From Arcobacteraceae bacterium (GTDB taxonomy: Bacteria > Campylobacterota > Campylobacteria > Campylobacterales > Arcobacteraceae): a DNA stretch of 63,359 bases. The stretch spans positions 1-63,359 of the forward strand of contig JAOZTH010000001.1 in the NCBI GenBank assembly GCA_029939245.1, given 5' to 3'. Made by a program: the position numbers and the translations under genes. Position 1 is the first letter of the stretch; the number at the start of each line of letters is the position of its first letter. Below, one piece after another: positions 29,709-39,527 of this stretch. The notes under the pieces were generated by a model. It saw only the letters and a program-made list of their open reading frames with translations. It had not been told where the DNA came from and did not search any database.

Positions 29709-32700
29709 ATGAAAAATATTTTTAGATTAAAATCCATATGGTTGGCAATACTTTTGTTACTATTTTTATCTGGTTGTGAGATAGGCAATATCAAAACAGC
29801 TACCACTATAGAAGGGCGAGTAGCCAAAGGGGCGGTATCAGGTGCTGTGGTGACGGCATACAAGGCTGGCACAACAGAGAAAATAGGCACTGCTACTACA
29901 GATGTCAATGGATATTATGAGCTATATAGCGATCTATTTTATGATGGAGTAGTATATATAGAATCTGTTGGTGGGACATATACAGATGAGCTTACCAATA
30001 CACCAAACAAAGATGCCGGTCTGTTTAGCTTGACAGCATTGTCAAAAGTAGGAACAAATGATGGATATGTTGTAAACATCACACCATATTCTACCATATC
30101 ACACAAAAAAATGCTAAATGATGGAGAAGATATAACATCTGGAGCTGTTGTGACAAAATACAACAAAGCTATATCAGATATATTTGTAGGCAATAGCTTT
30201 GATATCACTAAAACTACACCAAACTTACACAATGATCCTACAGATGATAGTTTAGATTCTGCAGATGCAGAAGAATACGGCTTTATGTTGAAAGCATTTG
30301 TAGATATGACAGCTTCAAATGAAGCAAATGTAGATGCCAAGATAGATTCCATAGCAGGAGCTATCACTAGTGTAGAAAACATGACTATCACAGATGCTAT
30401 GGCAGATGAGATCATAGCATCGTTTGCAAAACCTGCAGTTCAGACAGAGATGACATCTGGTGAGATAGCGGATATAAACAAAACTATCAACGATGCGAGA
30501 GACATAAAGCTACCAGATATCAGCGGTTCTTTAGCTACGATAACTGGAGAGTATAACACTACTATAGCAACATGGACACCAGTATTGGCTGCTACAGGTG
30601 GGATATTGGATAGATGTGAGATATCTCCCGATATTACTGCAAGCTATGGTCTTGAGTTTAACACTACAACATGTGTAATATCTGGCAAACCTAATAAGCA
30701 AGGTGCAGATACATTTGCTATAACTCCAGTTAATTTCAAAGGAAAAGGAAAATTCTTTCGGTTGAGCTTGGATATAAATGCTTCGGACCAAGCGGCATTT
30801 TCACTTGATGGACCTGTGGTATTTGAAGAAAATGCCACAAACTATATCCAGACAACAGTAGGTGGAAGCTGTGGAGTTGGTGGAACATACAAGTTTGAGT
30901 TAAACGATACTGCAGTAGCTAGCATAGTGGTAGCTACTGGCGAGATAGATTTCAAAGCACCTGGCTCTATAGAGGTCAAGGCGACTCTGAGCTGTGCCCA
31001 ATACAATGATATCAACGCTACTAAAACAATAACAGTCCATGAAGTAGCTCCAAATATAACCAACAGTATAGTAAATATAAGAGGTAAGCTACGAGAAAAT
31101 ATAAGTTGGGAAGTAAATAACACTGGAGGCAGTATAGCTAGTTGTGCTATAACTCCTAGTGTTGGGACATATGGACTTGATTTTAATCTAACCACATGTG
31201 AGATATCTGGTATCCCAACATCTACAGAACTAAGAGCAGCAGGTGCCAATATACAGATAACTGCTACAGGATCTGCAGGTGGCAATAGTGTCAAGACGAT
31301 AAACCTAAAGATAGACAAAGCAACACAAAAACCACCTGTAAGTATAGGTCCAAACCAACCATGCACCACTGGAGAAAGATTTCGGCTAGTTGCCACAGGT
31401 GGCAACAGCACAGTAGTAGGATATGGCTATGTCTCAAGTCATCCACTCATAGCAGCAGTAGATGCTAGTGGTTGGGTAGATTGTCTCACAAATGGTGAAG
31501 CAAATATCACTGCTACAAGGACAGGCGATGTAAATCATATTGACAGCGAGGACAACTATACAGTAAGTGTAGGTCTAGTTCCGCCAAATATCAACAACCC
31601 TCAAACTACTACGGGTATATATGGACAAACAATCAACTGGGAAGTCAACAACACAGGTGGACTTATAGAAAGCTGTGTGATAAGCCCATCTGACTTAACC
31701 ACAAAATATGGTCTAGTATTTAGCCAGACTGATTGTAATATCACAGGTGTACCCACAGCAACAACTGTCGGTGATGTGTCATTTACTATAAAAGCGGTCA
31801 CAGCTACTAGAGGCAACAGCACCAAAAATATACATATAATCATAGACAAGGAAGAGCAAAATCCATATGGATTTGATACAAATCTCACTTTGACGGTAGG
31901 ACAAATAAGTCCAAAACAACTTGACCATATAGGTAATACAACTGTCGCATCAACATATACTAGTGAAGATGAAACTATAGCGATAGTCAATATAAACTCA
32001 GGAGCTATCACCAACACATTGAAAGCTGGCAATGTAACTATAGTCGCTAGAAATGTAGGCGACACAAACTTCAAGTCAATAGATGCAAACTATACATTGA
32101 CAGTCTTGGCAACAGACCCAAATATCACAAGTCCTTTTGATATAGCTACTGACTACAACAAAACAATCAGCACAAACTGGGTGCCAAACAGCTCTACAGG
32201 TGGAGCTATAGAAACCTGTGAGATATTGCCGTTATTTGCAGCAAACAGTGGTATGGAATTTAACACTACTACATGTGAGATAAGCGGAACTCCACTATAT
32301 GTAGACGAAGGTGGAACTCCATATACAATCACAGCGAAAAATAAAGCCGGAGCAGGTAGCGATACAGCGGTGGTAAATATAACTATAGCCAAAGCAACAC
32401 AAGCTGAACTCATCATACCTATAGCACATGTCACAGATACTTTAGCAGATGGTTGGCACAAACAAAATATCACAGGTGGCACTGGCACTGGCAATATCAC
32501 ATTTACAGGCACGATACCAAGTGTAATAGATGTCAACAGAACCACAGGAAATGTCACATATAGTGCCACTATTGCAAACACAGAGATCACAGTCTTGAAA
32601 GCTAGTGATAATTTCTACAAAGAGATATCAAAGAAATATAGGTTAACCGTAGGAGATTTCAAGCCAGAGATTGGTGCATCTGTAGCTACGATAGTAGCAT

Positions 32701-34136
32701 TGTATGGCGAAGCTAACTCAACCATGTGGCAAGCCAAAAACGATGGAGGCGACACAACTGTGCCATATACATCTCTAGATACACTTCCTGGTGGCTTGAC
32801 TATAAGTGCTAGTGGTGTGATAGGTGGCATACCTACAGCAGTGCAGGGTGTTAGCTCATATACTATAGTGGCGAAAAATGATTCTGGCAATGATACCTTT
32901 GATGTGCAAATTATAGTAAACAAAGGAAGTCAAAATCTATTTAGATTTACAGATGGCGACAGACAAGGCAACAAAGGCACAGGCTATACATATGAAGTCA
33001 ACAATACCCAATCAGACGGAGCATTGACATATAGTTCAAGCGATATTAGCAAGGCAGAAGTGACAGATGTGGGAGTAGTGACTATAAAATCAGATGCAAC
33101 TCCTGGCAATGTAACTATAATCGCTCACAATGTTGGCAATACAAACTTCGACAAAGCAGATACAAACTACACTTTACAAGTAGTGGATGTAGCACCAGAT
33201 ATCACAGGAGCTTTAGCTCCGTTGGTAGCAAGTTTCAATGAAGTCGTGAGCTATGAGCTCAATAATACAGGAGGCACCGTGACTGCTTGTGCTGTTTCTA
33301 GTGGAACTTTGCCAGCTACATTGACTATAGCCCCTACGGCAGATGGTAGCACATGTGTGATCACTGGCACAGTGTCAGAGGTAAAAGGATTGTTTAACTA
33401 TACATTCCAAGCACAAAATAGTGCAGGAGACGCTAGCACAAAAGAGCTAGAGATCACTACTATAAAAGCAGATCAAACTGGCTTTACAATATATGGTGAC
33501 CAAGAGATTGCCAAAACTATAACAGACTTTAGACAAGCAGCAACAGGCGGTAATACAACCGTGCCTATAATATACACTTCTAGCAACGACACTATAGCAC
33601 AAGTAGATGCGACCGGTTTGATAATACCTCACATAGCAGGAGACGTCAATATAACTGGCACAAGACCAGGTGGTGCAAGCCCAGCTACCGCAAACTACAA
33701 CGATATAAACGATAGTTATCAGTTAACCATATTGGATACTGTATTTCCTATCGTTGACTATATATTATCTACACCGGGAAACACTACAACAGATGCAAAT
33801 GCTACAGGAAACATAACTATAGTTTGGAGCGAACCAGTCAGAAAAGTAGATGGCAAAAATATTGAGATACGAAGCAAAGGTGCGACAGGACATACAAAAG
33901 GTTTCAGCACTACTTTGCTCACTATAAATGGCGAGACAAATGTGACTTTATCTATGGGGACTGGACATCTGAGTTATGGCGAGGAGTATTATGTCGTCAT
34001 AGAGGCAGGTGGCTTTGAAGATATGGCAGGCAATGACAATGTGGCACATGGAGGAGATGGGACGTGGAATTTCACTGTGCCAACACAGACTGGCGATTGT
34101 GCCTATGATTGTATAGACAATTGTGATAATTATTAA
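29709..34136 (+). CDS. Giant surface lipoprotein 1. Order: CarboxypepD_reg-like N-module, about 6 x (He_PIG-like + Big_2-like) Ig domains, Big_5/SbsA-like domain, Cys-rich tail.
   Basis: 1475 aa with lipobox LLFLSGC, then IEGRVAKGAVSGAVVTAYKAG…TDVNGYYEL. The recurring modules are …W(E/D)VNNTGG.I.SC.I.P…GL.FN.TTC.ISG.P… and …(S/T)S.D.TIA.V…G.V…G.V.ITA…. It ends GDCAYDCIDNCDNY. Confidence 0.85.
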   Translation: MKNIFRLKSIWLAILLLLFLSGCEIGNIKTATTIEGRVAKGAVSGAVVTAYKAGTTEKIGTATTDVNGYYELYSDLFYDGVVYIESVGGTYTDELTNTPNKDAGLFSLTALSKVGTNDGYVVNITPYSTISHKKMLNDGEDITSGAVVTKYNKAISDIFVGNSFDITKTTPNLHNDPTDDSLDSADAEEYGFMLKAFVDMTASNEANVDAKIDSIAGAITSVENMTITDAMADEIIASFAKPAVQTEMTSGEIADINKTINDARDIKLPDISGSLATITGEYNTTIATWTPVLAATGGILDRCEISPDITASYGLEFNTTTCVISGKPNKQGADTFAITPVNFKGKGKFFRLSLDINASDQAAFSLDGPVVFEENATNYIQTTVGGSCGVGGTYKFELNDTAVASIVVATGEIDFKAPGSIEVKATLSCAQYNDINATKTITVHEVAPNITNSIVNIRGKLRENISWEVNNTGGSIASCAITPSVGTYGLDFNLTTCEISGIPTSTELRAAGANIQITATGSAGGNSVKTINLKIDKATQKPPVSIGPNQPCTTGERFRLVATGGNSTVVGYGYVSSHPLIAAVDASGWVDCLTNGEANITATRTGDVNHIDSEDNYTVSVGLVPPNINNPQTTTGIYGQTINWEVNNTGGLIESCVISPSDLTTKYGLVFSQTDCNITGVPTATTVGDVSFTIKAVTATRGNSTKNIHIIIDKEEQNPYGFDTNLTLTVGQISPKQLDHIGNTTVASTYTSEDETIAIVNINSGAITNTLKAGNVTIVARNVGDTNFKSIDANYTLTVLATDPNITSPFDIATDYNKTISTNWVPNSSTGGAIETCEILPLFAANSGMEFNTTTCEISGTPLYVDEGGTPYTITAKNKAGAGSDTAVVNITIAKATQAELIIPIAHVTDTLADGWHKQNITGGTGTGNITFTGTIPSVIDVNRTTGNVTYSATIANTEITVLKASDNFYKEISKKYRLTVGDFKPEIGASVATIVALYGEANSTMWQAKNDGGDTTVPYTSLDTLPGGLTISASGVIGGIPTAVQGVSSYTIVAKNDSGNDTFDVQIIVNKGSQNLFRFTDGDRQGNKGTGYTYEVNNTQSDGALTYSSSDISKAEVTDVGVVTIKSDATPGNVTIIAHNVGNTNFDKADTNYTLQVVDVAPDITGALAPLVASFNEVVSYELNNTGGTVTACAVSSGTLPATLTIAPTADGSTCVITGTVSEVKGLFNYTFQAQNSAGDASTKELEITTIKADQTGFTIYGDQEIAKTITDFRQAATGGNTTVPIIYTSSNDTIAQVDATGLIIPHIAGDVNITGTRPGGASPATANYNDINDSYQLTILDTVFPIVDYILSTPGNTTTDANATGNITIVWSEPVRKVDGKNIEIRSKGATGHTKGFSTTLLTINGETNVTLSMGTGHLSYGEEYYVVIEAGGFEDMAGNDNVAHGGDGTWNFTVPTQTGDCAYDCIDNCDNY

Positions 34137-34146
34137 GGAGAAAAAG

Positions 34147-37100
34147 ATGAAAAAGATAATAAAAAATTTTATACTTGTAGCACCAATGCTATTGGTATTG
34201 TTTACTGGTTGCGGAGAAAAAGGAACCGAAGGAGCTATAACTACTGGCATGGTTATAGAAGGACGAGTAGCAAAAGGCTCTATAGATGGTGCGACAGTAG
34301 AAGCATATAGGACAGATACTGAAGAGTCTATAGGTTCTAGCACTACAGATAGTCAAGGATACTACAAGATAAATACTTCATTGAATTATACCGGAGTAGT
34401 TAGATTGACATCAAATGGTGGTAGCTTTTTGGATGAACAAACAGGAAACAAACTTGATGCTAGTGCTTTTGAGCTTCAAGCGGCATCATACACTCCTGGT
34501 GAAAGTCTCAAGACCATCAATATTACGCCATTTTCCACTGTATCGTATAAAAAACTACTAGCAGATGGCAGAGACAAAACTTCACAAGAAGTTATTACTA
34601 AATACAACAAAGCCATAGCAGAGATATTTGTAGGAAATAAAGATATAGAGATAACAGATTTAAATCCAAACATTTCAAATGACTCAAGCGACAACCACTT
34701 AACTAGTGAAGACCAAAAAAATTATGGTGCGGTGTTGGCTATATTTTCAAATATGATACTAAATGTCCCAGGTTTGGCAACTACAGAGATAGACAATATG
34801 GTAGATAAAATATCAAATATAGAGTATGCGACTATAGACAGGGAATTAGCCACACATATACAGCAATATGTAGCTGGAGTCAATACTACAAATGAAGATA
34901 TAAACAGTAGCAGAGATGATGTCAATGCCAGTATAGAAAAAGCAGTATTCTCTCTAGTGCCAGATATAAGTCGTTCGGAAGTAAATCTTGACTACAATAT
35001 AGACGAAAATAGCACAAAAATATCGTGGATACCTACTACAAAAGAAGAAAATATCACAAGATGTGTCTTGAGCCCTAGTGGTGTAGTTATAGCAGACTAC
35101 AACCTAAGTTTCAACCCTATCACATGTGAAATATCTGGCGAACCAAATGCTACTCATAGTGGTGCCGATATAATCATAGTGCCATCAAATCCTAGAGGCG
35201 ATGGCACACCATTTCGTCTAAATTTCAAGATAGATAGGATAGTTCAAGTTCCGATCGTATTTGACCCTGACAATAAAACTGATTTTAATATCACAGATGC
35301 TAACTTTGATTTTGATATAACAGGCGGAACTTGTGCTCATGTATCTACTACGAGATTTACTTCTAGCGATACAACAATAGCAGAAGTAAATGCCACTACA
35401 GGAGAAGTCAATGTGACTGCAACTGGCACATTTACTCTCACCGCTACAAAAACTTGCAGCGAGGATTATCTAGCAGAAGAGGTATCAAAAGATATGACAG
35501 TGCTACAGATAATACCAAACATAACTACAAGTATGGATATAAATGCAACTCTATCTCAAGTGATGGCTTGGAATGTGAATAATACAGGTGGTTCTATAGA
35601 TAGTTGTGTTATAGATACAAATATAAAAGCGCTTTATAACCTTGATTTCAATCAAACAACATGTGCTATAACAGGAGAGCCAAATGCTACAAATATACCA
35701 GGTGGCATAGATGTCACTATCACTGCTACAAATACACGAAGCATAAGTGCTGAAGTTATCCATCTGCTTATAAACAATGCACCAAATATAAACAATCCAC
35801 AAATCACCACAGGTATATACAATCAACCTGTGGTATGGGATGTGAACAATACAGGCACAAGCACAGGAGCTATAACAAGCTGTGAGATAACGCCAAATAC
35901 ATTAAAAGCAGACTACGATCTCGACTTTAGTCAAACAACATGTCAAATCACAGGTGAAGCAAACAGGACAACTGCAGGCGACAACAGCTACACTATCACA
36001 GCTAAGAACTCATCTGGCAATAGCACTAAAAATATCAATATAGTTATAGACAGATCGCCACAAGACCCGATACTATTTGACCCAGATACAAAAGATGAGT
36101 TCAATCTAACCGATGCGGATTTTGACTTTGATATAACTGGCGGAAACTGTAGTCATGTAGAAACAGTTGTATTTGGTTCAAGCAACACAACTATAGCAGA
36201 TGTCAATATTACTACAGGAGTAGTAGATATAAAAAATATCGGCGACTTTAATCTAACAGCGACAAAAACTTGTAGTGAAAACTATCTACCTACTTCTGTA
36301 TCGAAACCTATGGTTGTCCACAATGTCATACCAGATATAACCAACGACAACAATATCACTACAGAATACAATGCCACTATAGTTGCATGGACTCCATCAA
36401 ATACAGGTGGAGTTATAACTGGATGTAGATTAGACCAAGATATACACAATATGTATGGTCTAGACTTCAACAACACTACATGTGCTATATCAGGCGAGTC
36501 AAATGCAACAATACCAGGCGGTATTAATGTGGGAGTTATAGCTAGCAATGCTATAAACGATAGCAACAGAATTGTGTTGAACTTGATTATAAATAAAGCT
36601 ATTCAAAATCCTATAGTAAATATGACAAACAGCAATGCCAACTGCTTCAAAGGAACATCACCAACAATACACAAAGATGCTACAGGCGGGAGTAGTTTGT
36701 TTGATTATAACTATACATCCAACGATTTAACCACAGCTACAGTTGACCCTGTTACTGGTATAGTCAGCTGTGTAGAGTTTGGCGAGGCAAATATCACTGC
36801 TACAAAAGCTGAAGATGACAATTGGCTTGCAAGTAGCCACTATTATACTATAGTTGTATCAAACAATACTCCAAATATAGACAATCCACAAAATACCACA
36901 GGAGTATACAATGAACCAGTTGTGTGGGATGTCAACAACAGCGGTGCCGATGTAGGACCGATAGAAAGCTGTGAAATATCTCCTAACACTTTGAAAGCTA
37001 CATACAATCTAGACTTTAATCAATCAACATGTCAGATCACTGGTGTACCAAATGCCTCAACTGCAGGAGATAGCACATGGACTATAAAAGCTATGAATAC

Positions 37101-39432
37101 CACAGGAAATAGCACAAAAAATATAAATATAGTTATAGAAAAAACACTTCAAAATCCATTTGGTTTTGACAACAACCTAACAGTACACAAATATGGTATC
37201 GGCTCAAATGCACTTGACCATATAGGCAACGGCACAGGAGCTATAGAATTCAAAAGTTTGGATGAGGATTTTGCGGTAGTTGATATTAACTCAGGAAATA
37301 TAACCCAAGCAAAAGCTATAGGAGCAGTGCTGATACAAGCTATCAAAAAAACCAGCACAAACTTCAAAGAGATCAATGCTACATATACTTTGACTATCAT
37401 AGATGCTGACCCAAATATAACTACACCAAACAATATATCTATAGAATACAACGAAACATTTAGCTGGATGCCAGACAAGATAAACAGCGGAGAGATAGAT
37501 GACTGTGCCATACTGCCTGTATTTGCAGCAAACAGTGGACTAGAGATAAACAACACGACATGTGAGATATCTGGTGCTCCGCTTTTTGTAAATGAAAGTG
37601 GGACAGAACATACTATAACCGCTACAAACAAAGCAGGAGTTGGTGTAGATACTACGATAGTAGATATAGTCGTAGCAAAAGCAGAACAACAAGCACTTAT
37701 AATACCACAGTCATTTATCGGCGATATTATGAGTGATATAGGACACCAGCAAGTCATCACTGGAGGAAGTGGCGATGGAAATATCACATTTAGCAGTGCG
37801 GCATCGCCTACATTTATAGACCTAAACACAACTTCAGGAAATGTAACATACAGAAGCCCATTTGACAACAACAAAACTATCATCATCACAAAAGCTGGAA
37901 ATAACTTCTATGAGCCAAAGCAAGCTAGCTACAAGTTTGTAGTAGGTGATTTTATACCAAACCTATCTGGCTCCACAGCGGCAACAAGTGGAAAATTTGA
38001 TGAACTAAATACAAGTATTTGGCAACCAATAAATACAGGTGGTGATCCTTCTTATGATTACACTACAAATCCAGCTTTACCTGCTGGCTTGACTATACAT
38101 GCAACTACAGGTGTCATAGGCGGTACACCGCAAAGTGCACAAAACTCTACACCATACGAGGTAAATGCTACAAATGCATCTGGCACATCTTTGTTTACGG
38201 TTAACATAACTATAAATAAAATTCCTCAACCAAACTTTAGATTTAATGACGGCAACAGAACCAGCGAATTAGGAACTAGCTTTGAATACAATGTTACAAA
38301 TATAGATGTACCTACTGGCACTCTCACATATACCACAAGCGACCCTACATATGCATTGGTCACAAATACTGGAGAAGTCACTATAAATGACAACGATGTC
38401 AGAGGCAATGTAACTATAACTGCGAGAAATCAAGGTGATGGAAACTACAGTGATACATTAACAACATATATTATAGAAGTTGTTCAAAAAAGACCTGATA
38501 TAGCAAATCCTATGGTCATAGAAGAGCTAAATGCAACATATATGCAGACAATCCCAACCTTTGAGTTTAACAACACAGGCGGGCCAGCTACTAGCTGTAT
38601 AGCAGTCGGTGATAGTTTGCCTGATGGCTTGGAAGTAAATGCTACAGCTGGTGGTAACTGTGTTATCACGGGTACACCAACTGAAGCAAAAGCAGATCAA
38701 ATATATACTATACGAGCTATAGGTGAGTTTAACAACGAGAGCACCAAAGAGATACACGTATTTGTAGACAAGGCACATCAAACTGAGTTTGACATAGTAG
38801 ATGTAGACAAATACCTTGAGTCTACTGTGTTGGATTTCAACAGAACTGGATATGACGGAAATACATCTTTGAATATACAATATACATCAAGCAATACAAC
38901 TATAGCACTAGTAGGAGCGATCACTGGCGTGATAACACCAAAAACAACTGGCAATGTGACTATAACTGCAGTAAAACCAGGAAATGCTAGCTTCTATGAT
39001 GCAAATGCTAGTTATAGGTTGATTGTGGAAGATACTCTAAGACCAGTGGTTGATTATACAATATCCACTCCAACAGATGATGAAGTAGATGTAAACGGCA
39101 CGGCAAACTTGGTCATAGTATGGAATGATAATGTATCTATAAATGATGGCAGAACTATACGAATAAGAAGCGATGGCGATACCAACCTCACAATAACATA
39201 CAGCACAACAGATTTGGTCATGGTAGATGATAGAAATATGACATTGAATTTGGGTAGCTCACACTTAAGTTATGGAGAGGAACATTATGTCTATATAGAA
39301 TCCAACTCTGTTGTTGACAGCGGTGGAAATGTAAACGAAGCAGTAGATGACCAAACTAGCTGGAACTTTACTGTGCCATCTAACAGTGGTCCTTGTGAGT
39401 TAGATTGTGTGGATAATTGTGACAATTATTAG
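34147..39432 (+). CDS. Giant surface lipoprotein 2 (paralog of 29709..34136, with more Ig modules)
   Basis: About 1761 aa from ATG 34147 (RBS AAGGAGA at 34135-34141), with lipobox LVLFTGC. It has the same N-module, the same alternating Ig modules and a Big_5-like domain. It ends GPCELDCVDNCDNY. Confidence 0.85.
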   Translation: MKKIIKNFILVAPMLLVLFTGCGEKGTEGAITTGMVIEGRVAKGSIDGATVEAYRTDTEESIGSSTTDSQGYYKINTSLNYTGVVRLTSNGGSFLDEQTGNKLDASAFELQAASYTPGESLKTINITPFSTVSYKKLLADGRDKTSQEVITKYNKAIAEIFVGNKDIEITDLNPNISNDSSDNHLTSEDQKNYGAVLAIFSNMILNVPGLATTEIDNMVDKISNIEYATIDRELATHIQQYVAGVNTTNEDINSSRDDVNASIEKAVFSLVPDISRSEVNLDYNIDENSTKISWIPTTKEENITRCVLSPSGVVIADYNLSFNPITCEISGEPNATHSGADIIIVPSNPRGDGTPFRLNFKIDRIVQVPIVFDPDNKTDFNITDANFDFDITGGTCAHVSTTRFTSSDTTIAEVNATTGEVNVTATGTFTLTATKTCSEDYLAEEVSKDMTVLQIIPNITTSMDINATLSQVMAWNVNNTGGSIDSCVIDTNIKALYNLDFNQTTCAITGEPNATNIPGGIDVTITATNTRSISAEVIHLLINNAPNINNPQITTGIYNQPVVWDVNNTGTSTGAITSCEITPNTLKADYDLDFSQTTCQITGEANRTTAGDNSYTITAKNSSGNSTKNINIVIDRSPQDPILFDPDTKDEFNLTDADFDFDITGGNCSHVETVVFGSSNTTIADVNITTGVVDIKNIGDFNLTATKTCSENYLPTSVSKPMVVHNVIPDITNDNNITTEYNATIVAWTPSNTGGVITGCRLDQDIHNMYGLDFNNTTCAISGESNATIPGGINVGVIASNAINDSNRIVLNLIINKAIQNPIVNMTNSNANCFKGTSPTIHKDATGGSSLFDYNYTSNDLTTATVDPVTGIVSCVEFGEANITATKAEDDNWLASSHYYTIVVSNNTPNIDNPQNTTGVYNEPVVWDVNNSGADVGPIESCEISPNTLKATYNLDFNQSTCQITGVPNASTAGDSTWTIKAMNTTGNSTKNINIVIEKTLQNPFGFDNNLTVHKYGIGSNALDHIGNGTGAIEFKSLDEDFAVVDINSGNITQAKAIGAVLIQAIKKTSTNFKEINATYTLTIIDADPNITTPNNISIEYNETFSWMPDKINSGEIDDCAILPVFAANSGLEINNTTCEISGAPLFVNESGTEHTITATNKAGVGVDTTIVDIVVAKAEQQALIIPQSFIGDIMSDIGHQQVITGGSGDGNITFSSAASPTFIDLNTTSGNVTYRSPFDNNKTIIITKAGNNFYEPKQASYKFVVGDFIPNLSGSTAATSGKFDELNTSIWQPINTGGDPSYDYTTNPALPAGLTIHATTGVIGGTPQSAQNSTPYEVNATNASGTSLFTVNITINKIPQPNFRFNDGNRTSELGTSFEYNVTNIDVPTGTLTYTTSDPTYALVTNTGEVTINDNDVRGNVTITARNQGDGNYSDTLTTYIIEVVQKRPDIANPMVIEELNATYMQTIPTFEFNNTGGPATSCIAVGDSLPDGLEVNATAGGNCVITGTPTEAKADQIYTIRAIGEFNNESTKEIHVFVDKAHQTEFDIVDVDKYLESTVLDFNRTGYDGNTSLNIQYTSSNTTIALVGAITGVITPKTTGNVTITAVKPGNASFYDANASYRLIVEDTLRPVVDYTISTPTDDEVDVNGTANLVIVWNDNVSINDGRTIRIRSDGDTNLTITYSTTDLVMVDDRNMTLNLGSSHLSYGEEHYVYIESNSVVDSGGNVNEAVDDQTSWNFTVPSNSGPCELDCVDNCDNY

Positions 39433-39464
39433 CTAGATTATAGTAGTCATAAAACAAACAGCAT

Positions 39465-39492
39465 AAACCCCAAAATAAATTTGGGGTTTATT
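39465..39492 (+). terminator. Rho-independent-type terminator after the giant lipoprotein genes
   Basis: Perfect 10-bp stem AAACCCCAAA/TTTGGGGTTT with a 5-nt loop, followed by ATT. Confidence 0.6.
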
Positions 39493-39527
39493 GGCACAGA
39501 ACAGTGAGTTTAACTCAAAAGGAAAAT

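Noticed and set aside
34123-34146. Upstream start (MIIIKEKK…) for giant lipoprotein 2
   Set aside because: It would overlap the stop of gene 1 and sits on top of the AAGGAGA RBS. ATG 34147 gives a normal lipoprotein signal peptide (MKKIIKNF…LFTGC).
37149-37889. Long antisense ORFs inside the giant lipoprotein genes (e.g. 246 aa at 37149..37889, 189 aa at 30842..31411, 157-158 aa at 31601..32074 and 29939..30415)
   Set aside because: They lie entirely within strongly supported sense CDSs. Their translations are low-complexity (V/I/S/P/A-rich) and have no start context. The sense-strand codon bias (ACN, AAT, GGN, ATA) simply depletes stop codons on the opposite strand.
29709-39432. Periodic DNA repeats in the giant genes as a CRISPR array or mobile-element repeats
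   Set aside because: The periodicity is about 550 bp of diverged coding modules (Ig domain pairs) in one continuous ORF. There are no short identical repeats with unique spacers, and no cas or transposase genes in the window.
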